A DNA stretch of 64,000 nt from the IMG/VR virus record IMGVR_UViG_3300033555_000001, positions 246,729-310,728 of that record. One strand, given 5' to 3'. This document shows, in pieces, positions 19,923-28,678 of the stretch (the first letter of the stretch is position 1; each line of letters starts with the position of its first letter). This stretch comes from a virus. Lineage: Duplodnaviria; Caudoviricetes. A program made the position numbers and the translations under genes. Under the pieces are notes generated by a model, which did not search any database, was not told the DNA's origin, and saw only the letters and a program-made list of their open reading frames with translations.

Positions 19923-20789
19923 CGTTACAATTTGACCGTTACACTTTAATCTACACTTATCTCAGGTTCATGATAGAATAACTCATCGACTAAATGCTGA
20001 GGATTATATGGGATACGTTGTTGGAATGTTGATTATTCTCTTTGTTGGAATTGTTTGGTCAGTCATTTACGATTTGAGCGAGTAACCATGAACATTATTG
20101 TTAAAATTCTGATGGAGCGAGATGAGTTAACTCTTGCTGAGGCGCAAGAAGAATTTCAAGCCGCGGTAGATCGTGTCTCTGAAGGCGAAGACCCAGAAGA
20201 AGTGCTCCATGATCTGGGTCTAGAGCCAGACTATTTCTTTGACCTTATTCCACTCTAAGAAAATCATGAACACTATCAGAACAGTTGGTGATCTAGTAAG
20301 AGCACTGTGAGTGCGAAGTAGGAATAGATCGTGAGCGAGCTAGCAACGTGTACCAGAACATTCGCATTGCGACACGTGTCGGTTATTAAAGTTCTTCTGA
20401 ACCTAGAGGCAGAAAATGATTAATGAAAACCTATTAACGTTTAGCGAAATTGAAGAAGCAATTTTGCGAGGCGAATATTTTGGTCGAGTAATCCCGCTGT
20501 TCAGAGACATGAAGGCCGCCGCACACGCGTTTTTTTGTGAACAGCAATTAAGTTCTGAGGAGACAAAACAAGCAATCACCCAATGCGGTGCATGTGAAGG
20601 TTCTCCATTGGAGAAAATAATCCGTGCATAATATGCGGTGGGTTAATGAGCGCAGAAGAATATAGTCTGCACCTTAAATCTGGTATGTAATTTCAGGTTG
20701 AAAGAACAATATGTGTACCTGATCCCTCTTTCAGGTTATAATGATTTTAGAGCACAAACTTTTTGTTTACAAACTTTATTGGAGTATCT

Positions 20790-21413
20790 ATGTCTAAAAT
20801 TCTTTATGTATCATCTTCAGTTCAAGCAGCGCTCATGACCACGGTTTTTATTCCTGAGCTGATTGATGGATTCTGGAAGAATCATCGTCCAGCCGGCCAC
20901 GGTGAAGTATGGCGCGACGTTGAAGTCAAAGTATCTGAAAACGGTTTGCTCGGCCCTGTTGGCTTTGATGCACCACGTAATTACAACTTCTTGAATCTTG
21001 ATTTTGCGCTGCCAAATGAAGCGCGCTTGGTTGCTGCCGCTCAAACAGCAAAACCAAATTCTAACTTTAAGTCAGTAAAGAAAGAGCTTATTGAGCTTGG
21101 TCGAATTGTAGGCGCTCGCCTGGCCAATCGTGACTCGCTGCCAGTAAAGCTCTTTCGCGGTAATCACAAAGAGGGTACTGTTACAGTATCATCGGCAAAA
21201 GCGCGTCAGGCAACTGATGCAATGATCAAAGCCGGTTCCTCAACAGTAATTTTTACAAGCGTTGTTACTCCAATTACAAGTGAGCGCAAAACCGCGGTAA
21301 AGAAGACGGTAAGTCGCACACCACAGGCGACTGATGTAGTTAAGCCAAAACAAGGTGAAGTCACAGTTACAAAAACTGCAGCTGGAGCCACTGTTCGGCG
21401 GGTAGCTGTATAA
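20790..21413 (+). CDS. hypothetical protein with a basic, low-complexity C-terminus
   Basis: GGAG RBS before ATG 20790. Confidence 0.7.
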   Translation: MSKILYVSSSVQAALMTTVFIPELIDGFWKNHRPAGHGEVWRDVEVKVSENGLLGPVGFDAPRNYNFLNLDFALPNEARLVAAAQTAKPNSNFKSVKKELIELGRIVGARLANRDSLPVKLFRGNHKEGTVTVSSAKARQATDAMIKAGSSTVIFTSVVTPITSERKTAVKKTVSRTPQATDVVKPKQGEVTVTKTAAGATVRRVAV

Positions 21414-21449
21414 CTCAAAGCAAACCTAACGCGCAATCAAGGGAATATT

Positions 21450-21725
21450 ATGGGCTGCTATATTAATCTAGGGCTTGCGGCTAAAGAATTATTTCTGGTT
21501 GCGCGTGGTCAGCGAGTATCGGCGGATGACGCATTTATAACAACAGATTCTTTGCCCGTGTGTTTGATTAATAACGGGCCGTTTACCTCGGCTGCAGTTG
21601 CATATAATGACAGTGAGCTGGCTGCGTTTAAGCGCGCCGATGGCCGAGAAAAAACTTGGTTTATGGTAAGCAAAGATGATTTGTATGATGTCTGTGATTT
21701 GGCTGATTACAATTATTACGAATAA
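21450..21725 (+). CDS. hypothetical protein
   Basis: 91-aa ORF with an RBS. Confidence 0.65.
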   Translation: MGCYINLGLAAKELFLVARGQRVSADDAFITTDSLPVCLINNGPFTSAAVAYNDSELAAFKRADGREKTWFMVSKDDLYDVCDLADYNYYE

Positions 21726-21824
21726 TTAGTTCTGCTGTTCAGCGCCGGAAATGATAAATAATAGATAACAACCCGCCAGAGCGATAGACGCTCTGCGCAA
21801 CACCCGCCCAACGAGGAGCTCGTA

Positions 21825-22991
21825 ATGGCAACAAGTAAAAAAGACGTCACCGTCTATATCGGAAGATTTTCTCCGTTTCACCGGGGTCATGCTGAAGTTT
21901 TAAAGCGTGCGATGCTGACCAGCAAATTAGTAATTGTGCTTGTTGGATCAACAGGTCAAGCGCGGAATCTAAAAAACCCATTTACGTACGAAGAGCGCGT
22001 AAGAGTGATCACGGCCACTGCCTTTGATTTTGTTGTAGCCGGTATTGTAGAGCACGGAAACCCTTCGTCAGTTCTTGGAGAGCTGGTAATTTTACCGCTG
22101 CCGGACCAGCCGTACAATGATGGGTTGTGGATTAGGAGCGTGCAGGAAAAAGTAAAACACGCAATAGATGCCTTTGCGGTTAAAACAGGACAGCTTCTTA
22201 CTGACGTATATCTCACCGGAAGCGACCGCGATGAGAGCACGTGGTATCTGAGCGCTTTTCCACAGTACAAGCAAGATTTGGTAGATGAACACCGGAATAC
22301 TAACGTGCTCTTAAGCGCCACAAGTGTGCGCGAAGTTCTGTTCAGCGGTGCTGCAAGTGTTACGGACGGTGTAAAGTTAGGTGTTAAAGTTCCTGACAGC
22401 ACGCGTAATTTTTTGCTAGAATTTATGAAGACGCCAGAGTGTAAGTTACTGCAACAAGAGCGGGCACACCTGGATGCCTACAAAAAATCCTGGAGTAGCG
22501 CTCCTTATCCCCCAACGTTTGTGACAACTGACGCAATCGTCGTGCAGTCCGGACACGTGCTCGTGGTAGAGCGTGGTGCATTTCCAGGTAAAGGTCTGTG
22601 GGCGCTGCCTGGTGGATTCTTAAATCAAAATGAACGGCTGGCCGATGGCTGCATTCGAGAGCTAATTGAGGAAACTGGAATCAAAGTTCCTGAAGCGCTG
22701 TTAAGAGCAGCAGTTAAAACCGCACCAAAGGAAATTTTTGACAATCCTGGTCGCTCGCTGCGGGGTCGTACAATTACTACTGCGTTTTTAATCAGGCTAG
22801 ACGATACTAAACCGCTGCCAAAAGTAAAAGGGCAGAACGCCCCTCTCAGCGAAACTGGCAATGAAGCGGTAGTAGAAACCGCAAAGGCATTTTGGCTGCC
22901 GCTGAGTACTGCACTTGACAAAACTGACATGTGGTTTGAAGATCATCACGCACTGCTCTCTTGGGCCGTGTCACAACTTAACTCAAGGTAA
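21825..22991 (+). CDS. nadM: bifunctional NMN adenylyltransferase / Nudix hydrolase (NadM-Nudix, NatV-like)
   Basis: GRFSPFHRGH (HxGH), SAT motif, Nudix box GGF...E.....C.RELIEETG, FEDH. Confidence 0.93.
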   Translation: MATSKKDVTVYIGRFSPFHRGHAEVLKRAMLTSKLVIVLVGSTGQARNLKNPFTYEERVRVITATAFDFVVAGIVEHGNPSSVLGELVILPLPDQPYNDGLWIRSVQEKVKHAIDAFAVKTGQLLTDVYLTGSDRDESTWYLSAFPQYKQDLVDEHRNTNVLLSATSVREVLFSGAASVTDGVKLGVKVPDSTRNFLLEFMKTPECKLLQQERAHLDAYKKSWSSAPYPPTFVTTDAIVVQSGHVLVVERGAFPGKGLWALPGGFLNQNERLADGCIRELIEETGIKVPEALLRAAVKTAPKEIFDNPGRSLRGRTITTAFLIRLDDTKPLPKVKGQNAPLSETGNEAVVETAKAFWLPLSTALDKTDMWFEDHHALLSWAVSQLNSR

Positions 22992-23181
22992 ATCATGACG
23001 CATCAAACAGAAACATATCTTTCATTTGCCGAAATAACTTCATTAATTAGGAAGTCGGTAAAAACCCCAGTCGGAACTGTTGCCACCTATGTAGAGATTC
23101 ATGTCGGTGATGGTACTTTATTTGGCATCAAAACCGTAACTGGTGCTACTGTTATATTTGAACCACTTGCAAAAGCCGCTG

Positions 23182-23823
23182 ATGAATAATACAGCTGAAT
23201 CCAATCCGCACGTTAACTTTATTGCTAAGTCTGAGTACTCAAACAGTCGGGTAAACAGTTCTAGCGATAATTTATATTTTTGCAAGTACTCAGTCATTAA
23301 TCCGACTGAGCTCTTTACACCTGGAGAATTTCCAGTTCCTGCGATTTTTGCACACTCACTTGCGCGCATTGGGACACCGTTTGATATTGGGCTCAGTATC
23401 ATAGCACCATTATGTGGAGGCCACAAGGTGACATCGGGCTCTGAGGCACGTCACCGAAATAAAACAGCTTTTGCCCTGACAGTTGCGCAGTGCAAAAAGA
23501 TGAGTGTTAAAGAATTGGCTCTGGCCCTTAGAAATATCCGATTTAATTATGTGACAACTCGCGCAGTAGAGCTTGGTTATACAGAAGAACTATACGCTGC
23601 GCTATTTCCAGTTGAACAAGAAGAATTTGATTACGGTTTAAGTCTTATCAACAATCTAAACTTTGCTGCGCAGGCGCAAGCAATTTTTGATACTGTGCGG
23701 TCAATTTCTACTGCGCCGGTAATCAGCCCAACAGATTCGGTCGTGATAGAAGTAAACGAAAGTGGGCTGCAGTCCGCGCAAATCAGCGGTCGCGAGTGGA
23801 CCTCTATCTATTTGGCCCGTTGA
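23182..23823 (+). CDS. hypothetical protein
   Basis: Long ORF between the two NAD genes. Confidence 0.6.
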   Translation: MNNTAESNPHVNFIAKSEYSNSRVNSSSDNLYFCKYSVINPTELFTPGEFPVPAIFAHSLARIGTPFDIGLSIIAPLCGGHKVTSGSEARHRNKTAFALTVAQCKKMSVKELALALRNIRFNYVTTRAVELGYTEELYAALFPVEQEEFDYGLSLINNLNFAAQAQAIFDTVRSISTAPVISPTDSVVIEVNESGLQSAQISGREWTSIYLAR

Positions 23824-23920
23824 AATGATCAGGTTATAATTAAAATACCAAGTGATCACAAATTACTGTGACCCCGGCGAGTGACAGACACAAACCGAAA
23901 CTAATGATAAGGAGTTTATC

Positions 23921-25450
23921 ATGAATAAAGTTACTGCACCAGTTTTACACGTTCTAGAAAAATCTAAAAAAGCTCGCGTGTTATATACCGCACGCCAACA
24001 GCCCAGATTTAATTTGGTGCTTGCGGTTGACAGCTATAAACTATCTCACGCATTTGCCTATCCTAAAAATATAGTTGGCATGGCCTCGTACATTGAAGCA
24101 CGTACTGGCGGCCGAGATATTATGATTCCCTTTGGTCGCCAAGCAGTGCTGCAGCGGTATCTGTCAGTACCAATTACGCAGGGTGATATTAACGATGCTG
24201 CTGATTTTGCAAGTACGCACGGTGAACCGTTTGCCCGCCGAGTCTGGGAACATATTTTACGTGAATACAACGGCTTTATGCCACTCACAATTCGTGGAGT
24301 TCCAGAGGGAACTCCCGTCCGCAGTGGTCACGCTATTACCACCATCATGTGCACTGATGCGTATGTTGCCGAAAATATTTTCTGGCTGTGTTCGTACTTT
24401 GAAACGCTGCTGTTACGCGGTGAATGGTACCCAACCACAATTGCCACTGACGACTACAAGATCAAGCGCCTGATTAAAAGCTACTATGTAAAAACTGGCG
24501 CTGACATGGCCATGCTAAATTTTGCGCTGCACGACTTTGGGGCACGTGGGGTTACTTGCCATGAGCAGGCGCAGATTGGCGGTGCTGCGCATCTGGTATC
24601 GTTTAAGGGCAGTGATACAATAGAGGGTATACAGTACGCCAATTACTGGTACGGCGCAGATATGGCAGCATTCAGTGTACCTGCAACTGAGCACAGCGTG
24701 CAGTGCGCGTTTGGCGCCGGTCAATTTGCAGCCGGCAGTGCTGACGCTGACACAGAGTACATGCGGCACGTGCTTAAAAACTTGGCTCACAAGGGTGGTA
24801 TTGTTTCTATGGTGATTGATGGATTTGATGTCTATCGCGCCACGGATATTTTGTGCGGGCGGCTTGTTGCAGAGATTAAAGCCACTGGAGCAAAAATAGT
24901 CTTTCGCCCAGACAGCGGCGATATGTATAAAATCATTCCGTATATTTTAGCAAAGCAAGAGGCTGCGTTTGGCGTAACAGTAAATGCGCACGGCTTTAAG
25001 AAAATTAATACGGTTGGGTTACTGCAAGGTGATGGTATTGACCATGAGGCCGTTGAAAAATTACTTGATCTGGTGACGGGGCTTGGGTACTCCGCCGATA
25101 ATATCGTGTTTGGTTCGGGTGGTGCACTGCTGCAAAAACGCAATCGTGATACTTACAAATTCGCGCAAAAAGCCTCTGCCGTACTTGTTGCAGTACCAGC
25201 CTCTCAAACAGAAGTTACTTACGAGTGGGTTGGTATTGCCAAAGATCCAATTACTGATCCAGGCAAGAAATCAAAAGAGGGGGTATTGACTCTGGCGCGG
25301 TCCCTTATTACTGGTGAGCACATGACAGTACGAATAGATACCGGGTCGCTGAGTACTGAATTTGAGGATGTGATGGTAGATGTTTATGATCACGGTAAAT
25401 TTTTTAACCTGACAACACTAGATGAGGTGCGTGCTCGCTGCGCGCAATAA
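23921..25450 (+). CDS. nadV: nicotinamide phosphoribosyltransferase
   Basis: DSYKLSH, LHDFGARG, SVPATEHS, RPDSG, FGSGG.LLQ, KDPITDPGKKSK.G. Confidence 0.95.
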   Translation: MNKVTAPVLHVLEKSKKARVLYTARQQPRFNLVLAVDSYKLSHAFAYPKNIVGMASYIEARTGGRDIMIPFGRQAVLQRYLSVPITQGDINDAADFASTHGEPFARRVWEHILREYNGFMPLTIRGVPEGTPVRSGHAITTIMCTDAYVAENIFWLCSYFETLLLRGEWYPTTIATDDYKIKRLIKSYYVKTGADMAMLNFALHDFGARGVTCHEQAQIGGAAHLVSFKGSDTIEGIQYANYWYGADMAAFSVPATEHSVQCAFGAGQFAAGSADADTEYMRHVLKNLAHKGGIVSMVIDGFDVYRATDILCGRLVAEIKATGAKIVFRPDSGDMYKIIPYILAKQEAAFGVTVNAHGFKKINTVGLLQGDGIDHEAVEKLLDLVTGLGYSADNIVFGSGGALLQKRNRDTYKFAQKASAVLVAVPASQTEVTYEWVGIAKDPITDPGKKSKEGVLTLARSLITGEHMTVRIDTGSLSTEFEDVMVDVYDHGKFFNLTTLDEVRARCAQ

Positions 25451-25451
25451 T

Positions 25452-25742
25452 ATGAGAACTTCAGTGGTTACAGTTAAGCGCAGCACTGACTGCAAAGATT
25501 TTGACAACTGGAAGTATTACTTTGACGCTAGTGTAGAGTTTACTCCCGGCAACGAAATTAAAATCAGCACGGCTGCCGGGCGCTGCACATATGCGGCGCC
25601 GGCAATTGAAGGAATTCATGAAGGTGAACTTGTTATACGCGCCATAGAAAAAGGCGCCAGCGGTACCGGCAATGGCCTACAACCGGTTTACATTACGATT
25701 TCGCCTACACTAGATTTGTATTATCCAGGAGAGAATAAATGA
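25452..25742 (+). CDS. hypothetical protein
   Basis: Follows nadV directly. Confidence 0.55.
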   Translation: MRTSVVTVKRSTDCKDFDNWKYYFDASVEFTPGNEIKISTAAGRCTYAAPAIEGIHEGELVIRAIEKGASGTGNGLQPVYITISPTLDLYYPGENK

Positions 25743-25975
25743 GTGAAACACTATACCTGAGCAGAAGAAATTTGCTCACGCTCTTAAACAAACTTGATCG
25801 TGCTAAATTAGGTGAGCCTTCAAACTGCGCAATTGTGAAATACCGGCAGGGCTCGGCTGAACTTCAACAAACAATGGACGCAGTAGTTGTTATTGCGGCT
25901 GAAAATGAAGATTTTTACGGTGCACAGAAAAGATTGGCTGGTGAAGTACACCCAGCCGATGATCCAGGACTTTAA
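25739..25975 (+). CDS. hypothetical protein
   Basis: GGAG RBS, ATGA overlap. Confidence 0.65.
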   Translation: MSETLYLSRRNLLTLLNKLDRAKLGEPSNCAIVKYRQGSAELQQTMDAVVVIAAENEDFYGAQKRLAGEVHPADDPGL

Positions 25976-26661
25976 TTACTGGGTGGGCGACCAGCCCAGA
26001 TTTCTGTGTTGAGGTAATCTCTGTTGTAGATGTTGAGCTGAAGTTCAAGTAGTTCACGGCGGATTCGCACAACGTCAGGGCTGGTAAGATCATTCATGTC
26101 AATATCAGTTACTACTACAATTGCCAGATTAATGTCCTTGTCAAAGGGCGGTAAGCTAGCGCGACAGACACTTTTTGCAATTGATTTTATTTTTGGTTCC
26201 CACTTTGGGATGTTTGTTTGTTCAATTTTGCCGCAAACAACTTGACCGCTTTTGGCTCTGCTTGAATTTCTAAGTGATTGTGCTGCATCTTTGTCGCGAT
26301 TAGCTGATGAAAAACCACGCCCACTGGCTTGGATTTCCGCGAAGTTTTCAAGCGCAGTATCAATTATTTTTACATTTGCCAGGGACCAAATCACCGGATA
26401 TTCGCGCTGCGTGTAGTTTAATTTTACCACCCACGCGCCAAGTACGTGATGTGCGTTTTTTAAACGCGCGTTTAATTCAAACTCTGACATTTTGCTCAGC
26501 TGGTTTTTAGGGCCCGGTAACACTTCAAGCGCGTACGAATTACTCTCGCCTTTAAATTTTGTTTTGAGGTACTCAGCACCCCATATTGCTGGGAAAATCG
26601 CTGCCGCAATAATCACTACCGTTACCAAAATTAGTACCACAGTGCTCTTTTCGATACGCAT
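25972..26661 (-). CDS. single-TM late protein, possibly a T4 gpT-like holin
   Basis: One N-terminal TM segment and a large C-terminal domain with two Cys (VVCG, VCRASLPP); GGAGG RBS; TAAATA at 26684-26689 (minus). The holin call is inference. Confidence 0.4.
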   Translation of the reverse strand: MRIEKSTVVLILVTVVIIAAAIFPAIWGAEYLKTKFKGESNSYALEVLPGPKNQLSKMSEFELNARLKNAHHVLGAWVVKLNYTQREYPVIWSLANVKIIDTALENFAEIQASGRGFSSANRDKDAAQSLRNSSRAKSGQVVCGKIEQTNIPKWEPKIKSIAKSVCRASLPPFDKDINLAIVVVTDIDMNDLTSPDVVRIRRELLELQLNIYNRDYLNTEIWAGRPPSN

Positions 26662-26749
26662 TATTTTCCTCCTAGTCAGATCTTATTTACACAAGTACAA
26701 TTTAACGGTGTATAATAGGCTAAATAATCGAAATTACCGTGGAGCGCAC

Positions 26750-27136
26750 ATGAAACTATTAGACATCAAGGGATTTAAACCAGCCACCATCGCCGAGGCC
26801 AAAATGGACGTGCGAGAATTCACCGTTGAAAAATGGGATTCCAATGGTCTAAATGATATTTATGTTGGACAATTTGACGTGCTTGTGCAGTACGAGTACA
26901 TTGCAGGCGGCAGCAATAGTCATGATTATGGCGACACTACTGCTGATGAGCCGTATGACGCCAGTGCCGAGGTTATTAAACTTACGGCGGCTGAAGAAGT
27001 GCAAATTGTAGACCTTGAGACTCAGGAAACTGAATACACATACCCAGCAGGAACAGAGCTACATCAGATCTTTGGTACTAGCCTTGAGATGGACAAGTAC
27101 TTTAAAGAACTTGCGATTGACGACGCACAGAGCTAA
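26750..27136 (+). CDS. acidic late protein
   Basis: TAAATA 26721-26726, GGAG RBS, ATG 26750. The track's longer ORF overlaps the divergent gene. Confidence 0.7.
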   Translation: MKLLDIKGFKPATIAEAKMDVREFTVEKWDSNGLNDIYVGQFDVLVQYEYIAGGSNSHDYGDTTADEPYDASAEVIKLTAAEEVQIVDLETQETEYTYPAGTELHQIFGTSLEMDKYFKELAIDDAQS

Positions 27137-27146
27137 AATTTAAACC

Positions 27147-27254
27147 GGCTCTTGAGGAAAGAATTCTAGACCCTGTGGCCACAGGGCGTAACCCAGTGAT
27201 GGACTCCCTCTTGGGCTTGGACTGAGAGACTCTAGAATTCTTTCCTCAAGAGCC
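27147..27254. repeat. 24-bp perfect inverted repeat enclosing a 16-bp palindrome
   Basis: GGCTCTTGAGGAAAGAATTCTAGA (27147-27170) / TCTAGAATTCTTTCCTCAAGAGCC (27231-27254); CCCTGTGGCCACAGGG at 27171-27186. Confidence 0.9.
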
Positions 27255-27261
27255 CTATCTA

Positions 27262-27678
27262 TTGGGTACAGCAATGTTAAAGCAATGGGCTCGCCACAGT
27301 GGTAACGGTTATGAGTGCTCGTCCCATGGCGACCATAGATTTTCAGCTCTTCACGCTAAATTGTCAGATGGGCGCAGCATTGAAGAAGCATATCAGTTAG
27401 ACGTCAAGGGCTATCGAGCAGTTTCTGATAGTTGGCGGACTGGAAAAGGCAAGCCTTCGCTCTCATCATTAACACGACAAGAACAGTGGATTAGCTATTT
27501 GGGCCTATGGGAACAGTGGGTTCAAGAAAATCCTGAGCTGCTAGCTGATTTAATGTTAAAATCAGAAGGTAAAGTGCTTACTGATAAGTTTGCTACTTCA
27601 GATATCAATCAGGCCAAGGCTCTTGCCACTATTATTTCTGAGAGGCTGAGCTTAAAAGCACTGCCATTTACCTTTTAG
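27262..27678 (+). CDS. conserved phage protein, possibly NADAR-like
   Basis: YECSS.GD.RFSAL.AKL.DGRSIEEAYQLDVKGY...LW.QW...NP. The NADAR link is inference. Confidence 0.6.
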   Translation: MGTAMLKQWARHSGNGYECSSHGDHRFSALHAKLSDGRSIEEAYQLDVKGYRAVSDSWRTGKGKPSLSSLTRQEQWISYLGLWEQWVQENPELLADLMLKSEGKVLTDKFATSDINQAKALATIISERLSLKALPFTF

Positions 27679-27699
27679 GAAAGAGCATAACCGTACAGG

Positions 27700-28110
27700 G
27701 TAATAACGAGTTTCATCATTGGAATAGTAAAACAGCGTAAACTCAGTTTTTGAAAAGTTGAACAGGACGGGAGAGTCGGAGCTCCCCACCTCCACCAAAA
27801 GCGCTCTAGTAAGTCTGCAACGCGATCAGACTTTGAAGGCGGGAAACTTGGACTAAGCGTGACGCCTCTAACAATTCTCTTAAGGGATTGATTTTGGGAG
27901 AGCCAAGTACTAGAGTGTTTTTGATGGGGGTGAATTGGAATCGACTGGCAAAATAGTAAACTACAGAGCGCTCGAGAGATGACCGACGTAATCGGCATAA
28001 AAACCTTAAATGCAAATGATAGCGCATTTTACGGAGACACACGCCTAGCAGCGTGATGCCCGCGAGGCTAACCACCTTGTCACCGAACGGTAGGTAAGAA
28101 GTTTTACCGC
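27700..28110 (+). ncRNA. ssrA: circularly permuted (two-piece) tmRNA
   Basis: Acceptor piece ends CACCTCC-A-CCA at 27797, upstream of the coding piece starting GGGGGTGAATTGGAATCGAC at 27926. Acceptor stem has G3.U70. Tag frame 28012-28056 reads ANDSAFYGDTRLAA*. The outer ends are approximate. Confidence 0.88.
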
Positions 28111-28113
28111 TTC

Positions 28114-28140
28114 AAAGGGCCTTAGGGTCCTTTGTTGTTT
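28114..28140 (+). terminator. intrinsic terminator after the tmRNA coding piece
   Basis: AAAGGGCC-TTA-GGGTCCTTT followed by a T-rich tract. Confidence 0.65.
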
Positions 28141-28209
28141 TCTGGTCCCAGAAATACAACCCTCCGCGCACCCGTAAATATCTTACTATAAATTAATACT
28201 GGAGAAATC

Positions 28210-28647
28210 ATGATCATAGATAATAGAGTTACCGCAAGCGTGCTGGATGACGCAGCACGGTGCGCGGCTGATGGTAAAAAAGTAGTTGTGCTAACGCAGC
28301 GCTTTTCGCAGACTTTCTGGATACTCGCCGAACTGCAGAGCAGAATGCATTATTTGGCTAGCACAGACATAACAATAATAGGTTTTTACAATATTGCGAA
28401 GCGTAGAATTATGGTAAGCACGGGTGGGTCCATTATGGTACGCGCAATGGATCAATCGCCAGATCAGTTACGTGGGCATACGATCGATAAGCTGTTTATT
28501 AATGCTTCATCAGATTTTAAGCTGCCACCAGAAGTACTTGAGCTGCAACACAGAATTATGAGCACGGCCAGTGTGACCGCGGAAGCTGAAGCGCTGGCCG
28601 TATCTGTTGATGCGGTCAAGCCAAGACGCAAATTTTCTTCACGCTGA
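28210..28647 (+). CDS. degenerate terminase-ATPase-like protein
   Basis: G.I...A....DQLRG.T.D.LFI resembles the strand leading to Walker B in terminase ATPases, but there is no Walker A and no DE. Confidence 0.45.
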   Translation: MIIDNRVTASVLDDAARCAADGKKVVVLTQRFSQTFWILAELQSRMHYLASTDITIIGFYNIAKRRIMVSTGGSIMVRAMDQSPDQLRGHTIDKLFINASSDFKLPPEVLELQHRIMSTASVTAEAEALAVSVDAVKPRRKFSSR

Positions 28648-28678
28648 TTAACCTAGTAAATTAGAGAAGGTAAAACTG

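Noticed and set aside
26492-26749. N-terminal extension of the 214-aa ORF
   Set aside because: It overlaps the divergent holin-like gene. The promoter and RBS support a start at 26750.
27171-27230. Twister-, HDV- or retron-like reading of the inverted-repeat interior
   Set aside because: Required conserved junction nucleotides and pseudoknots could not be placed on either strand. It is too short for a retron msr-msd and no RT is present.
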